Shown piece after piece: positions 1 to 12,198 of a stretch of 64,000 nt of DNA. The position numbers and the translations under genes are program-made. The DNA lies in NCBI RefSeq assembly GCF_009914755.1, contig NC_060942.1; one strand, written 5' to 3'. Source of the stretch: the human T2T-CHM13v2.0 reference genome, Homo sapiens. Below the pieces are notes generated by a model. It was not told where the DNA came from and did no database searches. It saw nothing but the letters and a program-made list of their open reading frames with translations. Position 1 is the first letter of the stretch. Each line of letters begins with the position of its first letter.

Positions 1-149
1 TCCAAGTCTAGGCCAACTGCTCAGTGGACCAAGCCTTTATAGCAAAGGCTTTGAAATTCAAATGACATTATAACTACCATCCACAGAAAGATAGATAGAA
101 CATACAGTCTGAGCCTAATTGGTTTGATTGTCTGCTAAAATAAATACAA

Positions 150-1083
150 AAACTCAACATTTTTCAGAGAATTTTAATAGGACTCAGAGTTTTACAATGC
201 AATATTGAAAATATCTAAGATGTAATCTAAAATCACTCAATATATAAAGGCCCAAGGAAACATGAAAAATTCATAAGTGCAAAAACAATTAATTGATGAA
301 AACCCCAAATAGCCTAGATTTCAAAATCACCAAAGACATTAAAGGAGATATCATAACTGTACTTCATGAGGTAAAGTGTCTTGAATGCCAGACATTCTCA
401 TAGAGAAATAGGAACTATAATGATATGGTTTGGCTTTGTGTCCCCACCCAAATCTCATCCTGAATTCTAATCTCCAGGCGTTAAGGGAGGGGCCTGGTGG
501 GAGGTGATTGGATTGTAGGGGCTGTTTCCCCCATCTTGTTCTCATGATAGTAAGTGAATTCTCATGAGAGCTGATGGTTTTATAAGGGGCTCTTCCTGCT
601 TCACTTTCTCTCTCTCACCTGCTGCCATGTAAGATGTGCCTACTTCTACTTCTGCCACAATTGTTAAGTTTCCTGAGGCCTCCCCAGCCATGTGGAATTG
701 TGGTTCAATTAAACGTCTTTTGTTTATAAATTATCCAGTCTTAGGTATTATCTTTATGGCAGTGTAAAGATGGACTAATACATATAAGAAGAAGCAAATG
801 GAAAATTTTAAAACGATAAATTTTAAAAATAATGCCTGAAATAAGAAGTTTGCTAAATGAGCTCAGTAACAGAATGGAGATAGCAGAAGAAAGAATCAGT
901 GAATTTAAATATTGATCAATTGAAATTTTTCCATCATAAGAACAGAGAGGAACATGATTGGGATAAAAATGAACAGAGTTTCATAGATCTGTAAAACTGT
1001 ATCAAAATGTGGAGCATTCATACCATTGAAGCCCCAGAAAAGAAAAAATGCGAGTGATACAGAAAGAATATTTGAAGAAGTAT
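150..1083 (+). mobile_element. Old L1M (ORF1-region) fragment, interrupted by a THE1 LTR
   Basis: A-rich sequence with L1 ORF1-like motifs (cagaatggagatagcagaagaaagaatcagtgaattt; aaagaatatttgaagaa) on both sides of the LTR. Confidence 0.6.
421..782 (+). mobile_element. THE1 (THE1D-like) MaLR solo LTR
   Basis: Begins tgatatggtttggct..tgtccccacccaaatctcatc, ends ggactaataca; 5-bp TSD tataa (416-420 / 783-787). Confidence 0.88.
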
Positions 1084-1560
1084 GTGTTATATTTTTTCAG
1101 ATGCCCACTTAATTCCAGAAATGATTTACATTCTTACACAAATACATGTAACATATATTATCATCATCATTATTATTCCTATTATTGTTTAATGAGTAGG
1201 TGAAGATATTAAGATAAGGAAATAATGAAGACTAGAAAGAGAAGATGAAGCCAGTAGTGAAGTCTATAAACTAAACAAATCTCCTGAGGTCTTATATATT
1301 TTCTAGAGGTGTACCACCAATTTGGATTTCGGCTTTTCTAGTAGCCAACCAGAAGGAGGAAAGAGGGTCAGGTATTAAGAGTTACAGTGGCTGTACAGTG
1401 AAAATAACCAAGCGCTTAGAAGCAACTATTATTCCTGAAAATAAGATCACAAAGAAATTTCTCTCATCCATTCCCAGAAAGAAAACACTATACAACATCT
1501 TCTACATCTTTCCTATAGTGAAACAGCAATGAATTTCAAAAGGCTACTTCCCATAACATC

Positions 1561-2541
1561 TATCTTAGTCTGCTCAGGGGCTATAACAAATATACCATAG
1601 ACTGGGCAGCTTAAACAACAAACATTTATTTCTCACAATTCTGGAGGCTGGGAGCCTGAGATTAGGGTGCCAGCATGGGTGAGTTCTGGTGAAGGCTCCC
1701 TTCCTCTGTACACAGATGGCTACCTTCTCACTGTATTCTCACATGGCAGCAAAAGAAAGGAGCAAGCTCTCTCATATCCCTTCTCATAAGGGCACTAATG
1801 CCACCACGAGTCAGAGGTGAAGCTGGCTGGTCTTCTGGGTCGGGTGGAGACTTGGAGAACTTTTCTGTCTAGCTAAAGGATTGTAAACACACCAATCAGT
1901 GCTCTGTGTCTAGCTAAAGGTTTGTAAATGCACCAATCAGCACTCTGTAAAAACAGACCAATCAGTACTCTGTGTCTAGCTAGAAGTTTGTAAACGCACC
2001 AATCAGCACTCTGTAAAAATGGACCAATCAGCACTCTGTAAAATGGCCCAATCAGCAGGATGTGGGCAGGGCCAAATAAGGGAATAAAAGCTGGCCACCC
2101 CAGCAAACCACCCTAGTGAGCAGCAGCAACTGGTTCGGGTGCCATTCCACGTTGTGGAATCTTTGTTCTTTTGCTCTTTACAATAAATCTTGCTGCTGCT
2201 CACTCTTTGGGTCCACACTACCTTTATGAGCTGTAACACTCATTGCCAAGGTCTGCAGCTTCACTCCTGAAGTCGGCAAGACCACGAACCCACCAGGAGG
2301 AACGAACAACTCCGGACCCACCACCTCTAAAAGCTGTAACACTCACTGCGAAGGTCCGTGGCTTCATTCTTGAAGTCTGCGAGACCAAGAACCCACCAGA
2401 AGGAACCAATTCTGATCACATAAGGACTCCACCCGCATGACCTAATTACCTCCTGAAGGCACCATATCCAAATGCCATCACAGTGGGGGTTAGGGTTTCA
2501 TTATGTGAATTTTGGAGTGACACAAACATTCACTCATAGGA
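1561..2541 (-). mobile_element. MLT1A-like MaLR LTR split by an LTR12 insertion
   Basis: cttagtc..accatagactgggcagcttaaacaacaaacatttatttctcaca, resuming at 2421 with gactccacc..atgacctaattacctcc; flanks acatc/acagc. Confidence 0.8.
1811..2420 (+). mobile_element. LTR12 (ERV9) solo LTR
   Basis: agaggtgaagctggctgg start; six tandem CCAATCAG units; ggaataaaagc TATA-like box; caataaatcttgctgctgctcactc; gctgtaacactcactgcgaagg repeats; homologous to the LTRs at 39502 and 44749. Confidence 0.95.
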
Positions 2542-2596
2542 ACAGCCTTCCACTGTGTTCAGTATCACCTTTAGGTATAAGCAGGCGAGGGGCCCC

Positions 2597-2970
2597 TGCT
2601 GTGGGACTATGTGCTTGTGTCCTTCAAGATTCAAATGTTGAAAGCCTAATCCCCAGTGTGATGGCATTTGGAAGGTGGGGTTTGCAGGAGGTAGTTAGCA
2701 TTAGATGAGGTCATGAGGGTACACTCTTCATGATGGAATTAGTGCCCTCATAAGAAGCAGAAGGGACCAGAGCTCTCTCTTTCCACCATGTGAGAATACA
2801 ATAAAAAGATGGCCATTTACAAGCCAGTAAGAGGGCCCTCACCAGAGCCCTACCATGCTACACCTTGATCTCAGACATCCAGCCTCCAGAACTATGAGGA
2901 AACACATGTTTGTTCTTTAATCTCTCAAGTCTATGGTATTTTGTTATGGCAGCTGGAATAGAATAAGACA
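2597..2970 (+). mobile_element. MLT1A-like MaLR solo LTR
   Basis: tgctgtgg..cctaatccccagtgtgatggcatttggaaggtgggg..ccagcctccagaactatgag..aataagaca; TSD gcccc/gccca. Confidence 0.85.
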
Positions 2971-3117
2971 GCCCACTCTTGAGAAAGCCTGCTCCAGCTC
3001 TTCCCCAACTGTCCTCTTTCCTGAGACAAAAAGTCTGGGCTGAAGCTTCAGTGCCCAGCTAGAATCTCTACTACTCCTTCTGGTCTCATGACAGGTGCTC
3101 GGTACTTTAGAAACACC

Positions 3118-3541
3118 TGTGGGCGGATGCTGTGTGCCCCACCCAGATGCCCTGAGGACTAAGGACTGGCTATCCCAACAGCTGTGTGCTGCAGCAGACT
3201 GCCGTTAGTGCTCATTGCCCTCAAAATTACTTCCACCAAGAAAATCACCTCACCCAAGGTCACACTCCTTCCTGGAGCAGCCCACAACCAGTGGCTGAAG
3301 TACTAAGGCCCACCCCCAGCTTAGGACAACCCTGAAGGACCATCCAAGCTCCAGAGCTTCCCTTGGGATCAGCAGAGGCTTCTACTGACACTGCATCACA
3401 ACCCTCCTCTCTGTGCCCAAACTTCCTTCCCCCTAGCCCTTCATTTCCACAGAGGCTGATCCCAAAAGAAGTCCAAAATAAATCTCATGGACAGTGATCA
3501 CAATTTCTGAGTTTGCCTGTGGAGAACCCAACCTTGATACC
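3118..3541 (+). mobile_element. ERVL LTR16-like solo LTR
   Basis: ggcggatgctgtgtgccccacccagat..cccaaggtcacactccttcctgg..ggacaaccctgaagg..aataaa..gaacccaacc motifs. Confidence 0.6.
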
Positions 3542-4432
3542 TGCCCTAACAACCCTGACGGCAGTTGCTAGGGCTAAGATGCACTACCCAGCTACGAGGG
3601 GTGGTCACGTGATAGCTGGTCTTGACAGGTTATGGCTGGGGCCTGGGTGCCCATACTTATGCAAGAACTTTGTAGTTGAGAGATGGAACCAGGGGTAGAA
3701 GAGGAGGGGCCAGGTGACAGGACAGCCCTCACTGTCATCTGCCTCCAGAACATCACAGAGTCCACTTTGAAGGTCTATTTGGCAAGATAGAAGGAGCATA
3801 TACAAATATTTTATTTAAAAGTTTGTTAGCTCAGCTTATAACTTTTAAATATTCGGACATACGGTATGTGGGCCTCACAAATATTAGGGATAGAACTAAG
3901 TAGTATTAGATGCAATTCTGTCTTATCACTCTCTCAAACATATGCCTATCTGATTTCTGAAATGTTTAAGTGCTTCCAAGGACACTTCTGGTCCCTACAT
4001 TAAGACTATTCCCCTTGAGGATTATGATCCGATTGGATTCGTCTAAGAACAAAATCCTTAGGGTCTATGCTACCAGCAGGATTTTGAGTGACTTAAATCA
4101 CCAACTTGCTATGACATTTACAGTGTATTATCCTCTTGGGTGATGACAGATAACGCCCACCTTGAACAAATATCTTAGTTAAGTTTAGTAGATAATGGTT
4201 GTTCCTGAGGATTAGAGGTGGGTGAGGGTTAGCGCCTCTACAACTCTGCTACTAAGTCGTAATGAACGCAAGCCTCAGAACACACAGCCCAACATTTATG
4301 AAACAAACGTTTATAAAGAAGCATGTTTATGACATGTATTGTAAGCTCAATGAGTATCGCTTTAGGTGATCCAACCACATAGATTCATCCAAGGCAAGTG
4401 CCACACATTCTATACAAAATATTCTATTAAGC

Positions 4433-4480
4433 TCAGTCTGCATCAGGCCACCGGATTGCTCCCAACGTCTGGACCCAGGT
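4433..4480 (-). CDS. Candidate terminal coding exon (TWVQTLGAIRWPDAD*) of an unidentified minus-strand spliced gene
   Basis: Minus strand ctcactaac (branch point) gtttctctccttttacag|ACCTGG: very strong acceptor; phase 0 matches the upstream exon; TGA at 4435-4433; CpGs retained. Confidence 0.55.
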   Translation of the reverse strand, partial: TWVQTLGAIRWPDAD

Positions 4481-4875
4481 CTGTAAAAGGAGAGAAACGT
4501 TAGTGAGTCCTCATTAGATTCATGAATCCAATCAGTACAAAAGGAAAGGAGAGTCTTTATATAATTTGATTAAGCCACATGATCTAGAATAGTAAGGGGT
4601 GTCTATTTTTAACACATTTGCATAACCCATTATGTGAATTAACAAATCACATAATTTAGCAATGAAAATGTATTTCTAGCATTATTGTACCATTGAGAAA
4701 AGCCTCCAGTGTTGATGTAGATAAAAGCGCTCAAGATCTTTAATAATCACCTCTGGAGTGTGGCTCTAATAAAATGATGGGATTACTGGAATGGTCAGTT
4801 AAAATGAACTAATACACTCATTTATGTCATACTCTCTCTGCTGAAGCATTTTGAAATAAATTACAGTCATCCTAC

Positions 4876-5038
4876 CACCATTTTGTGTGGCATATGAGTC
4901 ACATATGCTATGGCTTTTCCAATAGCCCATAGCTGAGCTCCCATGTTTGAATATGACTCGATGTAGTCTTTGTGGCCAATCTTTATCACTGATCTATTTG
5001 TGATGTTCAGGAAACCAACACTTGAAAGATGACCTTGC
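4876..5038 (-). CDS. Candidate internal exon, 163 nt (QGHLSSVGFLNITNRSVIKIGHKDYIESYSNMGAQLWAIGKAIAYVTHMPHKMV)
   Basis: Acceptor tttgttttatag|G, donor GTG|gtagga; only one frame is open (phase 2 in, phase 0 out), compatible with both neighbouring exons. Confidence 0.55.
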
Positions 5039-5203
5039 CTATAAAACAAATGTAATTGGCACCTACCAAATATAATAATATTCAAATAGTGGATGTGAAA
5101 CCTTCGGAAGACCCAGGACTCTCAACTCCGAATAAACCACTGTAGATCCGATGTTTAATTTGAACTACAGTGTCAGTATTCTGTGTTCTGACAAACGTTT
5201 TGC

Positions 5204-5244
5204 TATTAGGTTAGAACCGTGATCACTTTTGCACCAACCTAATA
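5204..5244. mobile_element. Internally deleted MADE1 (Hsmar1 MITE)
   Basis: tattaggtt...cacttttgcaccaacctaata: Hsmar1 terminal inverted repeat ends with TA flanks. Confidence 0.75.
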
Positions 5245-5353
5245 TTTAAAATGAGACATTTTGTTGAGTAATATGTATCTTCTGTCAAATCATTACATTG
5301 GGACTAGCCATCAATGTCACCACCATATAATAGGGCAAATTAATACCATATAT

Positions 5354-5685
5354 ACAGGCGCTCCTTGACTTGCAATGAGTCCTGATAAACAACACTGTAA
5401 GGTGAAAATGCATTTAATACACCTGATCTACTGAACATCATAGCTTAGCCTGTCCTTCCTTAAACGTGCTCAGCACACTTACATTAGCCTACAGTTGGCA
5501 AAATCATCTCATACAAAGCTTGCTTTAAAATAAAGTGTTGAATATCTCATGTAATTTATTGAATACTATGCTAAAAGTGAAAAACATAATGATTGTATGG
5601 ATACTCAAAATATTGTTTCTACTGACCGCAGGTCACTTTAGCACCACTATAAAGGTGAAAAATTCTAAGTGAAACCAGTGTATGT
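5354..5685 (+). mobile_element. MER47A-like Tigger DNA transposon MITE
   Basis: ta-caggcgctccttgactt..aaaatgcatttaatacacct..gaacatcatagcttagcct..cttacattagcctacagttgg. Confidence 0.75.
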
Positions 5686-5831
5686 GGTGTGTGTGGTGAA
5701 CAGAGGATTCAAAGTCAAATCAGAACATAAATAGCACCAAGGGGACTGCAATTAATAGACATTTATGAAACTTAACTTTAAAAGCAATATGTTCAATAGT
5801 TCATTTGATGAATGCTTGTACACATCCTTAC

Positions 5832-5854
5832 TCAGTCCTTCCAAACCAAGCACC
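5832..5854 (-). CDS. Candidate 23-nt microexon (GAWFGRTE)
   Basis: catcgtttctacttttag|GGTGCTTGGTTTGGAAGGACTGA|gtaagg; ends in phase 2, GA+G gives Glu in frame with the 5038 exon. Confidence 0.45.
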
Positions 5855-6307
5855 CTAAAAGTAGAAACGATGGTGGTGATTTCATCAATAATTTGACAAA
5901 TGAAAAGTATTCTCGGAAAGCACTTCTTTGGACAGCTGGCAGCCAAATAACAGAATTAAGTGTTAGCTTTCAGCTGCATGGCTGTATTTAGCGTTGCTGG
6001 TTATCAATAGTCCATTACAGCACAGCACCCCTCCCAGAACACTCACATGTGTTTGAGTGAGATCAATTCAATTTTATGTAAACTTAGTATAACTTCTAAA
6101 TGACTATCTCTAAGTAACTATTAAAGCAGAAGCAATGCCATAAATGCCAAACTAACCAAGCCACACAAACTCTATTTACTTCCTTGAGTAAAATTTCAGG
6201 GAGAAATGCACTTATTTGAAAATCAGTCCCATTACTCAATTATTTGAAATTTTATCTCAGTAGATTCAAGTAATATTTCTTTATCCCAGACCTGTCTGTC
6301 TTCATCA

Positions 6308-6326
6308 CACGTGACTCAGCATCTGC
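6308..6326 (+). promoter_or_regulatory. Overlapping E-box / ARE-MARE / E-box motif cluster
   Basis: CACGTG (6308-6313) overlapping GTGACTCAGCA (6311-6321), then CATCTG; motif match only. Confidence 0.35.
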
Positions 6327-6555
6327 TGGGCAAGCTGTTGATGGCACATCATGAATGCATCTCATCCTAACTGCATAGTCAGAAGACAAATAGTTGAAGT
6401 CCCATCCAGGACAATAGCCACTACCTTCTTGATGTTAACCTTGTTCTGCCACCACCTACCTCAGAGTGGCTGGCAGAGATTATAAACTTCTCCTGATGCA
6501 ATCAGGCAGATTAAAGGTCACAGGGACCACAACAGAAATGTTTCAACAGCAGACT

Positions 6556-6980
6556 TGTGATGGTTAATTTTTGTGTCAATTTGGCTAAGCCATGGGTCCC
6601 GGATATATGGTCAGACATTATTCTGGATGTTTCTGTGAGGATGTTTTTTGGATGAGATTAAAGTTTAAATTAGTGGGCTTTGAGTAAAGCATCCTCCATG
6701 ATATGGGTGGGCCACATCTGGTCAGTGGAAGTCCTGAATAGAACAAAGACTGACCTCTCACAGCAAGAAGGAAATCATTCACCTGCACACGGCCTTCAGG
6801 CTTCAGTGGCAATGTCAGTTCTTTCCTGGGACCCCAGCCTTCTGAACTGCTCTGATGATTTTGATTTTGGACATGCATCTCCATAATCATGTGAGTCAAT
6901 GCCTTAAGATAACGATCACTGGGCAGGCACCCACACACATCCTACTGATTCTGTTTCTCTGGAGAACCATGACTAATGCA
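6556..6980 (+). mobile_element. MLT2 (ERVL) solo LTR
   Basis: tgtgatggttaatttttgtgtcaa..ctgattctgtttctctggagaacc.tgactaatgca; TSD agact/atact. Confidence 0.85.
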
Positions 6981-7351
6981 ATACTCTAGCGCATAAGTGC
7001 TTATCTCATGGGGCAGCACAGCTGTGCCCTCAGGACTCAGTGTGATTTCACCTGCATAAATCCTGTAGTTCCTGGGACATTTGAACAAGGGTGAGGTGAG
7101 AAAGATAGCCTTTCTTGGTCTACCCACTCTGCTTGCTAAAACATATTTACAAATGCCGTGAATTTGATCATTCTGTAAATATATTCATGGCTTATGTGAA
7201 TGTAGCCACAGGTATCAATTTCTTTCAGAAAAGCAGGAAAAGTCTACATTCAAGACATCAATCTTATCTCTCAACGGGGCATAATGGATGTCTATGCTAC
7301 TTTTAAAATCATTTTGGTCACATTGTTCATAGCACACAACAAATACAAATA

Positions 7352-7698
7352 CAGTCATGCACTAAATAATGATGTTTTAGTCAATGAGAGATCACATATA
7401 CAACAGTGGTCCCATAAGATTAGAATACCCTATTTTCACTGTTCCCTTTCTTTGTTTAAATATGTTTAAACACATAAATACTTACCATTGTGTTCCAGTT
7501 GCCTACAGTATTCAATACAGTCCCATGCTGTACAGGGTTGCAGCCCAGGGGCAATAGGCTACACCATCTAGCCTAGATGTGCAGTAGGCTCTGCCATCTA
7601 GGTTTCTGAAGTGCACCCTATGAGGTTCACACAACAAAATCATCTAGCAATGCATTTCTCAGAATGCATCTTTTTTGTTAAAGGACACATTACTATGT
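7352..7698 (+). mobile_element. Tigger3a (MER7A)-like MITE
   Basis: ta-cagtcatgc..gtggtcccataagatta..cttaccattgtgttccagttgcctacagtattca..gcatttctcagaatg. Confidence 0.8.
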
Positions 7699-8142
7699 AT
7701 TTTTTTAAATTATTCATCTGAAAACAATAACAAAGGTCAGTAAGTAGCAATAATTTCTAGTTACTGAAGACTAGATACACCCAGGACACGAGATATACAC
7801 TTCCCGGTCTAGTAGAACTCAGAGCAGGCCAGGAAGACTGTTTCACTTGACCACCCACAAGCTGTGATGTCTCCAGCAAGACAGTTCCAGGAGCCTCAGT
7901 GCCTCACTATGGTCAACCTGGGCATAAGAGATTTTTCCAGGTGCTATTTTGGAAATGCAAATGGATAATTTTGCTGACAGTTTCAATTTCTAATGTCCTA
8001 CAAACAAGCTGAAAATAGTAGAAGTTAGATGAGAAATACACCATTATATCATCCAATTTAGCTGCCAAAGGCCAATGCCAATGTATTCACAATTATGTAA
8101 CATTTTACAATTCAGAAAAAAAATTTTTACAAAAATTATTTC

Positions 8143-8447
8143 TTTTTGAGACAGGGTTTTGCTCTGTCCCCCAGGCTGGAGTGCAGTGGGACCGTCATGG
8201 ATCACCACAACCTCAAACTCCTGGGCTCAAGTAATCCTCCCACCTCAGCCTCCCAAGTAACTGTGACTACAGGCACATGCCACCATGCCTGGATAATTTT
8301 TTATTTATTTATTTATTTATTTATTTTTGTAGAGATGGGATCTTGCTATGTTGTGCAGGCTGGCCTCAAACTCCTGGGCTCAGGCAGTCCTCCCACCTCA
8401 GTCTCCAAAAGTGCTGGGATTATAGGCATGAGCTATCATGCAAGGCC
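8143..8447 (-). mobile_element. AluJ with almost no poly(A) tail
   Basis: Alu dimer with J-type ctcctgggctcaag; 15-bp TSD aaattatttcttttt on both sides. Confidence 0.92.
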
Positions 8448-8502
8448 AAATTATTTCTTTTTATCCTTGCCAAAATCCTAAGATGGCAAGCAGGTAGATA
8501 AC

Positions 8503-8600
8503 ATCCTCATTTTACAACTAAGCAAACTAAGGAAGAGGCTACTTAGGTGACTTGCCCACCGTCACCCAACTAATAAGTTGTGCATTCAGTACAAAAACCC
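8503..8600 (-). mobile_element. MIR fragment
   Basis: cctcattttaca..aaactaagg..gtgacttgccca..gtcac core. Confidence 0.6.
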
Positions 8601-10531
8601 AGGTAACGTTATTTTTAATACCCTACAGCGAATTTACCTAGTGACTTACATTCGCCTAAACTCGGTAAATTTTATAATATTTTGCTAATTAGAAAACTCT
8701 AAATTAATAAATTTACTTGTAAGTAGTCAAATGTTTATTTGATGAAATAATAAATAAACAAAATATCTTGAAGGAAAAGCAGCTGCTATTCTCAAATACA
8801 CACAGCAACTGGATCTGAACTAGCAAAAGTCTGCTGGCAAAGATCTTTAGAAAATCTCCTACAACAAACAGACACATAGTCCTTTATGATTAGTGTTTGT
8901 CAATTATGTATATAAAGGACCCTGCTAGTAAACAACCCTGAACCTTTGTCAACCATGAATGGGTTTGCTTAAGCAAATTGTTGATGTAAAAACAATTCAG
9001 TCAAATCCTACGGGAATTATCACAAAATTAAAATCAGTAGATCCTGAGCCTAGAGTTTTACGGTCTTAGGTGTGCTTCCTTCTCAGCTTTCCTGTAGCTA
9101 AATTATTAGCATACTTTCCCAAGGTTTAACCTTTGCTTTTCTTTCTTGATAACATAAAAAAATCCCCATGGAAATTAATTAGGATTATAAAAATAAATGA
9201 CCAATGACAGTTTTATAATACTGAGCGTTGTTGCTATTCATACTCTTCCTTTGTGACATTATGCAAGATGATCATTTCTGCCCTAATTTCCCTCTCTACT
9301 ACATGTATCCGAAAAGGAAAGTTTAGCATCAAGAAGGTCAAAGCAGAAGAAAGTAGGAATTTTGCAACCACTACAAAGATTAAAAGCAGAAACTGCTTTG
9401 GTAAAATGTAGCTCCCTTGAGCTAATCCAAAACTGGGTTTCCATCTAAGTGTTTCTAGTTATTTCTATTTTCTTGATTTTATAACAGACTTGTTATGATA
9501 TATCTATACTCTTCCAGTAATTGGATCTGAAGGAAAGGATCCCTTATGTTAAAAGGAGAAAAAATGCAAATATAATCCACGGCATTGAATATCAAGTGAG
9601 ATATGAAAAGCCTCAGAGAAGAGGAAGGTAGGAGTGAATTGCAGGCCACGGCCCAGTGGAAAGTGGACTGAAGGGAGCAGTCAGAGGCTAACAGTGTGGC
9701 AAGAGTGTGAGAGATGTCTTAAGAGCCAAAAAGAAAACCTCAAAGAGAAGCAGTGGTGATAAAAAGGATGGAGCAGAGACTTGGAAGCAAGAATATGAAG
9801 CTCAATTTCTGGAAGAATACAGATATTCCACTGATAGAAAACTTGGTTTCCATCCTAATTTTAAAACCTCAAAATGTTCAGCAGTGGATATTTCAAACTC
9901 CTACCCACAGTATGATGAAGTGGCAAATCACCCTGGCCAACATGTCAGAACACCTGTGTTTTTCCGTATGTTCATTTCCAAAGAACAGTGCTCTTTATGG
10001 ACCATGTGTATTGTGTCAAGATGGCTATCAAAACCAGACTTCCACCAATCCCACTCACCCCTAATAGATAAGTGCTCTTGGGGAAGCCAACGCTATTCAG
10101 ACAGAACTAGACTATACTAGAGTACTTCAAAGATTCCTTAGAGATTTAATGTCATACAGATTCTAGATGTACTTCTAAAACTATATCCCCATGGCTTTTT
10201 ATAACTTTAGAAATGACTGTGACTAGCCTAACTCACCCCTTATCAACACTGGTAATCATTTAATAGAGAAACATGAGTGTACTTCTGATTAGGAAACAAA
10301 CTAATGCTGTCAGTAGTTACTGAACACAATCTTTTTTCATCAATTTAACTAATGTCCAATTGTGTTTCTTTGACACTGCCCAGTGCATTTGTTTTAGCAC
10401 ATTCTTTAAAGTGGTCAGAAGAGGACTGGCAGGGTGGTTCACACTCTGGGTTGAAGCAGGGCTCCATTTGTACTGGGGGTAAGTAGGTATCTAAGATGTC
10501 TGGGGGATTCTAATGAATGCAAACACCTCTA

Positions 10532-10923
<392 letters not shown>

Positions 10924-10977
10924 TAAAACATTTGGAGTGAGATAGTTATATCTGTGCATCAGAGAAAAACAGTGGTA

Positions 10978-11600
10978 GAGGGAACTCTTACACACTGTTG
11001 GTGGGAATGTAAATTAGTACAACCTCTAGGCAAAACAGTATGGAGATTTCTCAAAGAACCAAAACTAGAACTACCGTTCAACCCAGGAATCTCACTACTG
11101 GGTATCTACTAAAGGAAAATAAACAGTTCTGTCAAAAAGACATCTGCACTCTTACGTTTATGACAGCACTATTCACAAAAAAAAGTCATGGAATCAACCT
11201 AAGTGCCCATCAATGGTGCGTTGAATAAAGAAAATTCCATATACACCATGGAATACTATACGGCCATAAAAAGAAGAAAATCATGTCCTTTGTAGCAACA
11301 TGGATGCAGCTTGAGGCATTATCCTAAGTGAATTAACACAGAAACAGAAAATCAAATATCACATGTTCTCACTTATAAGTGGGAGCTAAACAATGGATAC
11401 ACATGAACATAAACATGGAAAAAATAGACACTGGGGACTCCAAAAATGGGGACAGAGAGAGAGGGGAAAGCGATGAAAAACTACTTACTGGGCACTATGT
11501 TCACTGTTTGCGTGATGGGTTCTGTAGAAGTCCAAATCCCAGCATTATGCAGTATAGTACAAACCTGTGCATGTGGCTCTTGAATCTAAATTTTTTAAAA
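10978..11600 (+). mobile_element. L1PB/L1MA 3' end (ORF2 C-terminus and 3'UTR)
   Basis: acactgttggtgggaatgtaaattagtacaacc..catgttctcacttataagtgggagctaa. Confidence 0.88.
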
Positions 11601-12198
11601 ATGAAGTGTTTGCCATTCTCTGAATTGGCTGTGGATTTGGCTTATTCTGTGCCTTCTATTTCCTGCTCCTCCTCCAAGATCCAATAAGTCAGAATCCATC
11701 CTAGCAGTCAACCCTCCTTGACATACCAAGGGATGTGGACAGGAGGGCAGGAATAGCACTGTAAGCTCAGACCTCTTCTGGCTGTCCTGACACGCCCCTC
11801 TCCTCTTCCCTACTTCCTCCATTCTGCTGCCTGGTTTATCTCTTAGCCTTTCACTTTCCAACCCGGCGTTCTGGCTCCTCCGACCTTCCGCCTGTCCCTG
11901 TGATTTTTTCGCCATGCAACAACTCTTTATTAAAATGACCCTACTTCCTCTATCCAGATTTTGCTTGATTTTGCTTTAATTTGCTTACCTCCTTTCTCAG
12001 GTCCTCATGACTTCTCCTAGCTACTTTATTGTCCTCTGATCTGATGCTTTTTCCCACATAGGAAAAGCTACTAATTGAATCCCAGCTTCTAAGCCATTGC
12101 CCACTAACCTCTCTTGAGACTCAAGAGACCTCACCAGCTGGCTGAGCCTGGAGACCTTGAAATCCAGAGGTGGCTACTGCAGGCTCTTCCCGGGTCGT

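Noticed and set aside
4433-5854. Assigning a gene symbol or chromosomal locus to the minus-strand exons
   Set aside because: I could not match the peptide to any protein I reliably remember; needs a database search
5826-5937. Longer exon version using the upstream ctgccag acceptor (64-aa ORF in the track)
   Set aside because: Its open frame is out of phase with the 5038 exon; the inner tttctacttttag acceptor is stronger and in phase
8146-8481. Alu-derived ORFs (also 18909, 30702, 31746, 46965 and others)
   Set aside because: Typical Alu antisense translations ([18 protein letters not shown]), not genes
9707-10120. Overlapping 137-aa and 103-aa plus-strand ORFs
   Set aside because: Non-ATG starts, no recognisable motif, no convincing flanking splice sites
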